A DNA stretch of 55,819 nucleotides, counting the filler, from Platydemus manokwari (Eukaryota), in assembly GCA_037951405.1 (NCBI GenBank). It is 5 parts of 5 records of this genome, joined end to end, with 100 filler letters (N's around TTAATTAATTAA, not from the genome) between each part and the next. Parts side by side here need not be neighbours in the genome. Positions count along the whole stretch, not along the records: positions 36,780 to 45,926 come from JBBMOY011292428.1; positions 46,027 to 55,819 come from JBBMOY011203877.1; 3 more parts are not named here. One strand, 5' to 3'. A program made the translations under genes and the position numbers. Position 1 is the first letter of the stretch. Every line of letters begins with the position of its first letter. Of the stretch, positions 40,392 through 53,507 are shown one piece after another. The notes beneath the pieces were generated by a model. That model searched no databases and was not told where the DNA came from. It was given only the letters and a program-made list of their open reading frames with translations.

Positions 40392-42173
40392 TTATGTTTT
40401 ACGTTTACGAATTTCCATTATGTGAGTTGATTTTGAATCTGACTTTTGAGACGGTTTTATTTTATTTGCTTGTGGCTTATCGGCAATCTCACAATTCATT
40501 CCACAATCACCGTTGACGATTCTTCCTAAAAAATTAATTTTATCACACTATTTTCTTTTCGTAAATCCAAAAATCTTTACATTTTCAAGCTCACTGCTAT
40601 TAATCAGAAACGATTTCAAAATATAAAATAACTTTGTATTGGTAACCACATGTCTACAACTGATTCTACCATTAAACAGTAACTATGGTTTCAATAGAAT
40701 TACTAATGGAAAATCTCTACAGATTTATAATAGTTCTATATTTAAATTGGCATAAGTTTCATTGGAGATGCTCTTTAGAAAATAAAACAAGAATCTTTAT
40801 AATAAAATTAGCAATTGTGCTAGAAAACACCACAGAAAAGAAATTTATGAACAAAGCAGAACAGTTCTTAAAAGTCGAAATTAACATACACGAGCAATTC
40901 AGGTTTTAAATCTTATAATGAAAATATTTTAAACAATTTTCAAACTCATGAGTGTTAAGCTGGATATTGCATAATTATAATGAATTTGGTACACATTCCA
41001 GGCATTTACGCAATATATAAGTTTGAAGGAAATCAGCTCACAAATATTGATTTTTAACCAAAGACCATTAGTTGGGAAATCTAAATCTAACGACATAAAT
41101 CTTAAAATATTGTAAAATCTATATAATTTCTGGATCAAGGCCTAAAATGACTAAATAACTTGTCAAACTCTATAATTTTTAATACTCTATAATAATCCTA
41201 TAATTTCCCACATTCCTTTCGTTTGTGAATGTATGAGAAGCAAAATTTATAAATAAACAAATAAAAACTTACATTGATTGATAACAAAAATATTTGCAAT
41301 TTTATTTGAAGACAAACATTGAAAATGAAAACACTACTTCATGAGGAAAAGTGCAACTTAAAAATAAAAATACATGTGCAAATAAGTTTCTTTATCCAAA
41401 ATAGCTCTTGACACAACATTTAATATGGTACATTAAAATCCTAAGAAATCACAGCACAAAGTAAACACTATCATAACAACTATGAGTGTTTCCGTACGTT
41501 ACATGATTGGGATTTTACAACACAACTCATGGCTATCATATTCAATTCGAGACATCTGGCAGTTCTGGATCTACTAACGAAAGAAGAACTAAATCATGTA
41601 AACCTTCCAAATAGTAGTCAACATGAAATAAAATGAACCTTTGAAAACTGTCGACACCGACATAAAATTTCATAAATCATAAAATAAACACTAATTCTTT
41701 ATTGATTAGTGTTGTTTAATAAGTGGTATTAAATAAAGATATAGATTAACATCGATAATGAGCATTTGATTATCTGGCCGTAAAAATGTCACCATACTAC
41801 CTATAACTTGATTCTAATATTCAACAGAGATTAAAAAAGATAATCGAGAGTTGGACATGGTTTGTAAATAAATATTCCACAACTATCAATACAAAATAGG
41901 ATCTTATAAGTAAGATATCTTCGAATGAAAGTACATTTAACAGAAACGAATTAATAATTAAAAAGCAGATTATGCATTATACATCAAAACCTAATGAAGC
42001 GCATATAAAGTTATTAGATGGAAATATCGAAATTAAATCCATCGAAAGATATGAGATATCGAATTTAGAGTTCATAAAATATCATCAACAAATTTGACTA
42101 TTGAAGTGAAAATTGGTTAAGCCATTAACGGTTAACCATATGGTTATTCGAAAATTGGTTCAGGATGAAATCA

Positions 42174-42216
<43 letters not shown>

Positions 42217-44549
42217 CGTGCAAATAAACATGGATTGAAACAAAGTGAAAACTAATGCATAAAAATCTTTACTGATCGACAGAAATGTTACCAATATGAT
42301 ATAATAGGCATGAAACAAATAAATGTCACTGGAAAAAATGATGCTGTTAGGATCAATTAGTTTCAAATAATCGTTAAAAGGAGATAAAAATGAATAACAA
42401 ATATAAATAAATATCATGAATATTATAAGAAACAATGGTAAAAATACGAGTTCAGATGCAATATATCTGATCATTAAAACGATTAATATCAAAATTTAAC
42501 AAAAACTGTGACTGATATTTGGTTTATTGAAGCATGAAAAATAAAAATTTTAAATAAATTTAGTATTTTAAATACAAAAATGGATTAAATTTCATAAAAT
42601 AGATTAAGAAAACAAACTGATTGGTGAGATTTCTTCATCAATAGCAGCCTGAGTTACACAGCTGGAATTCACCGATGCTGGACATTTAGTTTTGCTATCA
42701 TCGGGAAGGCTTGTCTAAATGATAAATAAAGAAATAATTTATTTTTTGATATTTTCGATGTCAAATAGTAAATGTCACTGTGATAGAACATGTTGTTAGG
42801 ATCGATACATTCGAAATAATATCACATCAATCGAAGATTAAATAGAAATATCATTTTGTCACACACGCACACACACATATATATGTGTGTGTGATATGAA
42901 ATGCGACTGAGTTAATACATTTAAAATAATGAAAATTAATGCATATTATTCCACAAGTGATTGGATATTAAAAAATTGATTACTGAAAGAAAGTATTAGC
43001 AGGATTTAATTTTTTGAAAAATTGGCCCAAATTTAAACCATCAATAATCGATGTTAGTGGAAATACTTTTACATTTATCGTTAAACTCATATCTTTTCCA
43101 TCGTTTTATAAGTACTCAAACTCGACCGAAGATCATGCTAACAGTGTCCATAAATTGTCAATAGCAACGAATTCTTCCAAAATATTAAGACCTAACTACA
43201 TTCGACAAAAGCCAAAAAATAAAAAAATCAATGGGAAGCTCAAAGATTTGCTGTTCCCGTCACTCGAAGCCCATTATAGCTTCGGACTCATACCAAGAAG
43301 ATACAACTATAAAGAACCTATTATATATTTCAAAGCTGACATGAGCGATTTTCCCAACGCATCGTGAAGAACATTTTTATGTGAAATTAACATTAGTTAT
43401 TAGATAAGAAAACAAAATTCGTTGCTAAGATTATTCTTTTAACCACAATGGAGTATATCATACTCGAATGAAAAAATAAATTATGGTTAAATCATAAGTA
43501 TGAAATAATATATCAAAAAACAAGAGGTAAATAACCGTGACATACATAAACAAGCACCTGTTCAGAATCTGTGGATACCAGTTCGATACTGTCATCATTC
43601 AATTTCGGAGGTTGACACTGGACAACAATTTCTCTTCCACCGCCTTCTTTTTTCTCATTGTAGACAATGGTTTCGTTAAATTTTGCGTTTTCCATTGGTA
43701 CAATCTTGTACAGTCTCTGTTTCCGTTTATGAGGTGGTAACCCAAACCATTTCAGAGATTTATCCAAATAAGGAGTATCTATATCGATTTTATTGTCAAT
43801 AATAAAGTGGCATAGTTATGATTTATTATTATATAATTTTTGTTGTTTCATGTACAAATACGAGTAACATCTTACTATTCTACTTTTCGTTGTCTATTAC
43901 CATTCCGCATTTTGATATGAAAACAACCACTTTAACCATATTTAATTCAGCCGTTTATTTTAATCAATCATCGTGCCATCCTTAATAATTGTCAACTCTA
44001 AAGAATATCGAGTTCATCAATATCATATCGCGATCTTAAGGCAATGACAATTTTGGTAAAAATAATACTAGCATAGCTTAAATATTACTTAAAATTCTCC
44101 TAAATGTAGGAATTATTAGATCCAAATAATAATTTTCTTAAAAAATTCGATCGAATCAAAAATATTACGGAATTAAAATCTTCAAAGTTGAAATGTTACT
44201 CAGAAATTTTTATGATTTTTCGTTTCTAACAGATACCTCCACATAGTGTTCCCATTCTTAATAATATCTTTACTCCATAAATAATATTTTTACTCTTAAA
44301 TAAAATTCAGTATATAGCCAAGCATGACATGTATGAAATGTGGTTTGTTGAAATTTTCTGAATTATAGTTGACACAATTGATATTTCCGAAGATGTACTT
44401 GATTAAGAAAATGAATAAATTTATTAACAGACTTGTGTTGTTTTATACAATAATAAAATTATAATGCTGACATTGATTCATGATAACCTCCTATTTTCAA
44501 AATAATTCCCAATATCGCCATTCGGAGTTATCAGTTATTAACAATAATG

Positions 44550-44603
<54 letters not shown>

Positions 44604-45703
44604 TGACAAAAATTCTAATTTCATTTATTAAAATTAATAAAATCATGCAAAATTCAGTCTAAAAAAATGTAATTATTAAATATATCACCACTTATTATCA
44701 ATTAATAATATATTTATATAAAAATATTCTGTTGATCACAATAAAAAATATATGGGTCCATTACCGGGTTAAAAACCATTGTGAACACCAAATAAACAAA
44801 TTAGAAAATGAAAAACCATCAAAGGAAAAAGTGAGACATTCAAGCACGCAACAAATTATTTTATTTTCAATAATATTGGTTTTGATTGCAGTAAGCTATT
44901 ATGGAGTGCCATATCTGTATTAGAGGGAAAAGTTTTGTGGTTGTCAAATCTGATGATAGTGAGTGTTATGTGTGTTGTAAATTTGAATCCCACCACAACC
45001 AAGGGGAGACACTAGGAAATCATTGAAGAAATCGAGAATGAAAACGATGTAAAAGTCATCACGAATCTTATGTTTTAAAGTGATAAAAGGACAGAATAAG
45101 TTCAGAAGGTAGATATATCATGTCAATAAATATCTCCCGCGCTAGAATTGATCTTATCATCATCCAATCACCGTTCTTGTAAAGATATCATGTACTTGGA
45201 AATAATATTAAAACCATTAATGAGCTGTAATTAGGGATTTAATAAAATGTATTTCAGAAGCCGCTACAAGAGGGCTAAAAGTTACAATTATCCAATAGCA
45301 ACAATTACCTCGGTATATGAGAAAATTTATGAAATCTTCAGTATCCACTGGTTGTCCTCTGGGATCCAGCCACAGTTCTGGTGGAATTACCGCCGTACTT
45401 TTTAAATCTTGACTTACTTTGACCGATTTAATTTTCGAAGCCAATCGATGGGATTTTTCTTCATTTTTCTCTTTAATTTTAGCTTTTTTAAATCTCTGTG
45501 TTGCATTGGCTAAAATAACTCGTGATATTCGTTGAGAATGCGATATCTCTTTGTGATTATAAAGCAGTTTCTTGGGTTTCTGAAGTAATTTTTCATTCTT
45601 CGGCTTGGTGGATTTGACTCTAACTTTTTCATTTGGAGAAATGCCTTCCGATGATGACATTTTCGTTGGTGATCGATTGGGACTGGAAGGGCTCAAGTTC
45701 TGA
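40392..45703 (-). CDS. JARID2-like: JARID2-like protein, N-terminal PRC2-binding module only (5' end unresolved)
   Basis: In-phase GT-AG exons 45703(or ATG 45660)-45309, 43778-43558, 42714-42618 and 40525-40392. The first junction yields TEDFINFLIYR|DTPYLDKSLKWFG vs human JARID2 [24 protein letters not shown] (recalled). The last junction is less certain; read-through would stop at 42604. Confidence 0.7.
44541..44601. repeat. (AAT)n microsatellite
   Basis: About 17-20 AAT units; similar tracts at 18371-18413 and 45725-45802. Confidence 0.95.
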
Positions 45704-45926
45704 CTAAATATTATGCAAATATTCATAATAATGATAATAATAGTTACAATGATAATAAAAATAACGATAATAATAATAATTACAATAATAATAATAATCA
45801 TAATCTTAATAGTAGTAATTGTGAATTAAGCTTATACCATACTAAAATGCAATAAAATAAGTAAGCGAATTATGACATGGCGGATTCAAAATATTATTCA
45901 AATATTAATAATAATAATAGCAATGA

Positions 45927-46026
45927 NNNNNNNNNNNNNNNNNNNNNNNNNNNNNNNNNNNNNNNNNNNNTTAATTAATTAANNNNNNNNNNNNNNNNNN
46001 NNNNNNNNNNNNNNNNNNNNNNNNNN
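45927..46026. other. Artificial contig linker
   Basis: 44N-TTAATTAATTAA-44N. Confidence 0.97.
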
Positions 46027-47734
46027 ATAATGGATAGGATTTCATTTTATATCATGTTTTATAATCCTTTAATCTTCTGTTGAAATAGATTCTGTAATCA
46101 TGATATTATTATAGATAATTTTATAATTTAAAATTTTCGATATTCAATAAATAATCAAATAATACAAAAAAATGATATCCAACAGCAATACTTTTTTTTA
46201 AACGAGCCTTAATTTTTAAAATATTATTATTATTAATCACTTAAGAGAAAGTTTGTTTAAATATGGACTAAGTAAAAAAATTTTTCGAAATCATTCCTTT
46301 TTGATATTATAGAAATGGAACATTATGATGACGTACCAACAGATAATATTGATTGTGTTATGTAAAAAAATGAAACTTTTTTGTTCTTTTAAAATTCAAG
46401 TTAATTGTTGAAGATTCAAGAATGATTTAATAATATAAGAAGCTGAACAAGCACTAATAGATCATATTTAGCAAGAAAATTAGCAGGTAGCGAGAAAAAT
46501 AAAAATATCCTGAAAAAAAACAAAGTCGCTCGATACGTTCACACGGTTATTGTTGATAGTGATGTACAGAATTCTTATTATATAGCATAAAACAAAGTAC
46601 AGGATTTAGTTTCTTTGTAAAAATGAATAAGGACAGTGTAAATTAAATCTCGAGAGCTACAAGCGAAAACTAATTTTAACTGATAAATGATATCAAAATG
46701 GCTTTTCGAAATCAGAATGAAAATAAACGGTCTTCTTATGAAATTGCTAACCCATTATTTTCACCCTAAAAACGATTCAAATGTGTTGAAAAACCGACAC
46801 GTGTCACCATCAATGTATAGAAATTTCAGTTACGTTTAATCAAGTTGTTTTTGAAACTTCCCGACGAAAAATATATGCTGTGGAATTTTCTGAATTATTT
46901 TCATTTCAAAGTCGAACCAAACGATTTGAGTACCAATTATTTATAAATAAGAAACACGTGCCGAAACGATAAAAATCACTAAAATATATCAAGATCATCG
47001 ATCAATGGCGAGTGTTTAACTTGTATTCGCAAATGATTTCAGAAACTCAACGTAATTAATAAATAAATAGAAATAGAAATCATTAATGACTGTCTCCTCG
47101 TTTCGTTACAATCTAATATCGTAATATTCGTTTATAAAAATATCATTATATTTTCATTGGAAAATGCAACTTAAGACATCAATCATTTCTGTTAATTGGA
47201 TATTGTCAATGACTGGACAAAAGAAGACCAAAATTTAAAAAATTAATTACAATTCTTATCAAAGAAAGTTGTACGATTGTCATTAGAAAAAGCCGCAATG
47301 CTTTGATGTACAGTACGAGTTTATATTTATAATTCGAATCACCTTAATTAACTTATTGATGTTATTTATTTCCATTTCTTTTGCTACTCATTTCAATTCT
47401 TAACTAATCAATGAAACCGCTTCGATCTTCAACTGAACAATATCCATCGATACGATTAGACAACACAACCTCATTGAGTTCATTTATTTATAGTTAAGTG
47501 AGTTTTGTTTTAATTTATTCGAATCCTCCAGGGGACGATATATGGAATTAATGGGTTTGACGTTGTATTGATTCGAAAAAAAACTATTAAGATTTAGTTT
47601 TCGTCTTTGGCGTTTCAATTAGATCACTCCAAATTAACAAGCCGGTGAAGTTCGATCAAGTTCGATATTCAGAAATATATATCCCACTTGTTTTGTTAAT
47701 AATGTAGTAAGCTGTGATTATTTTATAAATCATT

Positions 47735-47921
47735 GAAAATGAACTGAAAATTCACAACACCTAATTATATTTTTATTGCACCTATTCAAAAAATTTGATA
47801 TTTTATTAAAATCTGATTTTTAAATTTTTCAAATTTCACTTTATTTTAAATCATCACAACTCTTTTCTATAAAATCTACCTCCCCACTTTATATTTTCTC
47901 TATTTCTTCTCCAAATCTGCC

Positions 47922-47972
<51 letters not shown>

Positions 47973-48244
47973 TCTCCCTCTCTCTCTCCAAACATAATAT
48001 TTCCTCTATATCTCCTCTATATATTCTTTATAAACTCCCCCATCTCTTCTATACTTCTCAAAATCGAATCCAAATGTGTGCCCGCCATGTAAGCAGCTAC
48101 TGTTTTGTAAAGCACGGGAAAGTGAACTGAAAAATTACGACACCAAATCAGATTTTAATTAAAATTATTCAAAGAAATAAGTATTTTAGAAAAATTTGAT
48201 TATGGAATTTTTCAAATTGCAATTTATTATTAATCCCCAACAAC
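47735..48244 (+). repeat. Diverged ~125-bp direct repeats flanking a (CT)n tract
   Basis: 47735-47860 and 48118-48244 share GAACTGAAAA...CACC...TATTCAAA...TTTTTCAAATT; (CT)n at 47920-47988; related copy at about 54480-54600. Confidence 0.65.
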
Positions 48245-51200
48245 GTTTATCGTTGGCATTAACTCCAATCAAATATGTAACCATACTGATGAGTTCGATA
48301 TCACTTATTAATTGTCAATTCTGAGATTCAGATAAAATATCGAATTCTAAAACATATTATCCCAAAATATGACTCAATTTCTGATTTGTCATTCCACTGA
48401 TCTTGTCTGCAATCCAATGTTCTTTAATCCTTTTTGAACAGCATTCAAAAATACAGCCAAGTACCGAAAAAATTAAAAATACGGTAGCAATTAAAATCTT
48501 TTATAACGATATTAATAAGCATTATGGCACTTCTCTACTTACATTGTATCGGCGACTGTAATAGAATATAATAAATCTTATTTCAAGAGATCAATTACAA
48601 ATTGTCAAATGGATCCTATCGATACTTACATGTCGACTTGACATTTGCGAGCCTGTTATTTTATCAGAGTTTTGTGGATAAATTACTCGCATTGTACCTA
48701 CAGATTCACCAATTATTGGTAATTCAAGAAGATCAACTGGCGTGGACATTAATTACGTTCTTTAAAAGATAAGCCACTTTCACTAATATATGAATTTGAC
48801 GTTTCGTTTTTTATTCAATTCTCTAAGAAGCAATTACAGACGAAATAAAAAAATTTCCAAGCAATATTTTCGGTTTTTTGTTGAGTGATATCGGAACTAT
48901 TGTAGGTGAATATAAAAATCTTTTAATAACAGTAAAATTTATGAAAACAAATTAAATTTTTTATATTTTATCGCCCAACACAGAAGACCATGATATCAGT
49001 ATGACGTTATTCTCTCAAATCTTTGATGTACCGACAGCTAATGAAATAAATGACCTCAATGCATCAAACATATTTCCGAACTTGTTAAAATTCAATATCT
49101 CATGGGACTGAATTTTATGTTACTGCTAGAGTAGGAAATGTTCATCCGATTCGTTGACAAGTCAACAGAATGAAGTAGAGACGATGATATTTATGATACT
49201 TTTATCGATGTATTGATACCGTTTAGTTTCTTTCTGTCGAAATGCTGCATCCTTTTCGTTGATATTTGACTATTTCTTACGCTATCTGTCATCTATCCAT
49301 TGAAATTGATTTCCACTTTTTTATTGGTAGCAATTCAGTATTACTAATCCAATTCTTCGGAACAGAAACACGGATGAATGGCTTCAAGATTACATTTATT
49401 CATTAGCATTTCAACAGGATTTTCATCATCGGCACTTATCAAAGAGCTGGAAAATTAAAGGAGACGTTGGATAATGAATTATCAACTTATGTAATTTAAT
49501 AAATCCTTTTTATTAGGTTTATTTTACTGACGCTAGACTGTCGCATGTTTATAAACCGAATTGATTATATTTTATAATTCATTGAAGAAATGAAAATATT
49601 TTTTTGGGCTGAGATAATTTTGTTCTATCGGTGCTTATAATATCTTTATAATGGGTGATAACATGTGATGAATGGAAGATTTCAGATTAAATCCAACAGG
49701 TATTGACAGATGTTCTCACTTAATAACTATAAATACCAACATTGCGTAATTTTAATCGAATTTGTTATCGACTATCGGACTACTGACAAAATTTTAACCC
49801 AAATATGATCCAAATATATGAATTGTTTTGTTTTCAAAGCTTTGGAATGATTAGATAGATTCTAAGCAGTGTATATTTTCGTCTAACATGCATGATTGTT
49901 ACATACTAGGATGATTTGGAATCATTTCATTTGAACCATCGAAAGGTCAAATTAAGTTTAAGTTTGAAAAACCCTTTCAAATGACAGTTCTTTGAAACTC
50001 TCTCGTTCAAAAACCAACTGATTAAAAATAGCAACAAGATTAACCCAGAAATATTTTTAAATAAAATCTATTTTGATTGGTAACTTAAAAAGATCAAAAT
50101 GACTTCACAGGTACCCTTGTTCCATCATAACCATCACACAATGTGCATATAGATAAATTTTGTACACCGTACTTATTTTATAATTAGATCCCATTTCCAT
50201 TCTCTATAAGCTCGTGATGGAAGCTTCTGAAGATAAAATATCTAAATACCGGAATACCTCTATCTACATAATAATTTATCAGCGTTGTCTTATTAATATC
50301 ATTTTAGTCCAATCTTTAAACATTTTTATTTCTTCTCTTTTTAGTTTGCCCTGCTTGGTATTTTCTTGTAAATATTCTGCTCTAGCCAAACAAGTAAAAA
50401 CATATTAAAACAAATTATGAAATATGTTTTTGTTTAAACAAATCATTATCATGAAACTATTTTCTGTGTTCGATTTAAAAACTTTATGAAATTCAAATGA
50501 GCAGATTTATTGAAAATTATCTCAAAAATAAAAATTGTTAATCTAATAATAAAAGAATAAAACTCACTAAATTATCTTCCATGAACATTAAAAATTGATT
50601 AAAACTGGATGGTGGTTATTATAAACAATTAAATTCATTGATTTCTATTGGTTGGGTTTTGGCCAATCAAATTCTTGTAAAGATTTATTACTTTGTCGAT
50701 AAAGATTTTTTAAATGTGGTGACTGTAAAAAAACAGGTGGTGTGATTTAATCTAAATGATATCCAATAAAATATTTGAAACAAAAAACGAAACAAGAATT
50801 TTAATTTCGAATTTGTATTAAAAAATTGATTTTAAAATTGTGATTTTTAGCAAAAGGCATTGAGTTATTGAATGTGATTTGATTGGACAGAGTTGAATTG
50901 GTATTTCGAATGAATTTATTATGAGGGGAGTTTATAATTTTATTAATGTTAATGCATTTCTTGTCAATTGGTTCCTTTAATTCATTAAAATACTTCCTAA
51001 ATCTACAAAATGCCTATCAAAACTTGTTCGAAGGCGATATTTAGATATTCGTTTATATATTCACAACCATGATGCTTCTTGGTATTATTAAGGCTTGTTT
51101 ATATTCATTATTCAGATCTAGTTTTGGCCACTCAATGGTTTCATTAAGTTCATCGAAAATTTCCCTTGCATTAAAAAATTAAAAAGCGTCTTGTCTGGTA

Positions 51201-51574
51201 TTTTTATTTTATTCTCGGTTGACTACACAGAGTCAAATTTCAGCACCATTTTTCCTAACTGACAACATACGCTTCTGTTATCAAATGTGACACAAAATTT
51301 TGTAATAAAATGAAAAATAAAAGTCATTGCATTAAAAGTAATCTCCATCTGATAAGATAGATTTATGACAACGTTTTAACCAGTTGTCGAAACAATATCT
51401 AAAGTTGATTTCATGATTGACCAGTAACACCTTTTTCGTTTTGAGTCAAAACTGTGTCCCAGAAATGGATTTGTAAGTTTATTGAATAACAGGAAAATAA
51501 CTGGACACGGGGATTGTGGAACGATATGAATTAAAATTTTAATGATAAACCCTCGAGGTGGGTTGTCGTAGCGA

Positions 51575-52440
51575 ATTACCAATGGTTGTATTCGTTCACT
51601 GCCCTATTAATACAAGAAAAAGCAACAAAAGACACAATTATACTCCCAGCCTCATATTTTCAATCTCTAGGCATTGATATTGATGTTGATTTGGCTCCGG
51701 TTCAGATAGATACTAAGCTCCGACCCGACTTAATAACCCGATACAATAGGAAAAACATGCATTTATGATAGACCTTAAAATTTCATATGACAGACACAAT
51801 TTTTACCCTGCACCGTACTTTAAATTATGAAAAATACAAATCCTCCAATTAGAAATAGCAACCACCACAAAACACCAAACAACAATAGATATCCTTAATA
51901 TAGGAGTTTTAGGATCATGGGACCCACATAATGATAAAATACTTAAGCTATTGAGATAATAAGCACATAATTTTTTTCTATCTTCACTCGGTATCACCAC
52001 ACTTTTTAGGGATGATCATGCGACATATAATGCTCACATAAGCCAAGATAGACCTAAATTAATTAACCTAACTCATTAATTTTAAAAAAATTTCACGTAT
52101 TCCGCGTTCAATATCTTCCACAATCAATCTGATCATGCCAACAGCGACAGCACTTAACATTCCCACAATGCCTAATTTGTTCAATCAATTCTTGCCAAAT
52201 CTCCTGAATGTGTTTCGCATGACCTTCAGCACCGAAAAATCTATTTTCCTGCTAAGCTGCGACAGCACAACATTCTCTAGGAAGCTTTAAACTTTTACTG
52301 CTCACGACGATAATGGGCCGAAACATTGTGAAGCTCAAATTAGGAGATATAGCTATAAAAATATATCAATTTTTAAACTAGGCGTAAACAGTATTGCAAC
52401 TGTGCCGTGACAACTTTACTTGTGTTAAATAAAAATAAAT
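51575..52440 (+). mobile_element. 5'-truncated non-LTR retrotransposon with restriction-like endonuclease (NeSL/Utopia/R2-type group)
   Basis: Frameshifted translation HCP...KRHN (51630)...KLRPDL (51721)...IDLKISYD...EKY...IGVLGSWDPHNDKIL (51903); probable 3' UTR ending TTAAATAAAAATAAA. Confidence 0.82.
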
Positions 52441-52470
52441 TTTTGTTTCAAACATTTACTTTTAATTTTT

Positions 52471-53507
52471 GAGTTTTCTATATTGGGCTTTACTATATTG
52501 GGGTTTTCTATATTGGGGTTTTCTATATTGGGGTTTTCTATATTGGGATTAACTATATTGGGCTTTTCTATATTGGGCTTTACTATATTGGGCTTTACTA
52601 TATTGGGATTTACTATATTGGGCTTTTCTATATTGGGCTTTAATTTATTGGGTTTTTTTATATTGGGCTTTAATTTATTGGGCTTTACTATATTGGGCTT
52701 TACTATATTGAGATTTACTATATTGGGCTTTACTATATTGGGCTTTTCTATATTGGGCTTTACTATATTGGGCTTTACTATATTGGGCTTTTCTATATTG
52801 GGCTTTACTATATTGGGCTTTTCTATATTGGGCTTTAATTTATTGGGCTTTACTATATTGGGTTTTTTTTATATTGGGCTTTACTATATTGGGCTTTACT
52901 ATATTGAGCTTTACTATATTGAGCTTTACTATATTGCGGCTTTTCTATATTGGGCTTTTCTATATTGGGCTTTACTATATTGGGCTTAACTATATTGGGC
53001 TTTTCTATATTGGGCTTTACTATATTGGGCGTTCCTATATTGGGCTTCACTATATTGGTGTTTTCTATATTGGGCTTTACTATATTGGGCTTTTCTATAT
53101 TGGGCTTTACTATATTGGGCTTTACTATATTGGGCTTTACTATATTGGGCTTTTCTATATTGGGCTTTACTATATTGGGCTTTACTATATTTGGCTTTTC
53201 TATATTGGGCTTTACTATATTGGGCTTTACTATATTTGGCTTTTCTATATTGGGCTTTTCTATATTGGGCTTTACTATATTGGGCTTTTCTATATTGGGC
53301 TTTTCTATATTGGGCTTTACTATATTGGGCTTTACTATATTGGGCTTTTCTATATTGGACTTTACTATATTGGGCTTTACTATATTGGGCTTTTCTATAT
53401 TGGGCTTTTCTATATTGGGCTTTTCTTTATTAGGCTTTTCTACATTAGGCTTTTCTATATTGGAATTTTTCTATATTTGGCTTTTCCATATTGGGCTTTT
53501 CTATATT
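52471..53507. repeat. 15-bp minisatellite, about 69 units, consensus TATTGGGCTTT(A/T)CTA
   Basis: Tandem array visible directly; produces the spurious GFTIL/LYYIG/KPNIV ORFs. Confidence 0.98.

Noticed and set aside
45704-45801. Poly-Ile N-terminus of ORF 45217-45801 as a signal or TM segment
   Set aside because: Translation of an (AAT)n-like tract upstream of the TTTAG acceptor at 45704; probably intronic.
48640-48750. Cadherin-like minus-strand peptide (VDLLELPIIGESVGTMRV) ending at GTAAGT
   Set aside because: No DxD or DxNDN motifs and no linked exons found.
52301-52335. Hammerhead-like ACGACGA...GCCGAAACATTGTG in the retrotransposon 3' UTR
   Set aside because: Two core positions and the cleavage-site base violate the consensus.
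52471-53507. CRISPR-like array
   Set aside because: No unique spacers; units are directly tandem; eukaryotic context.
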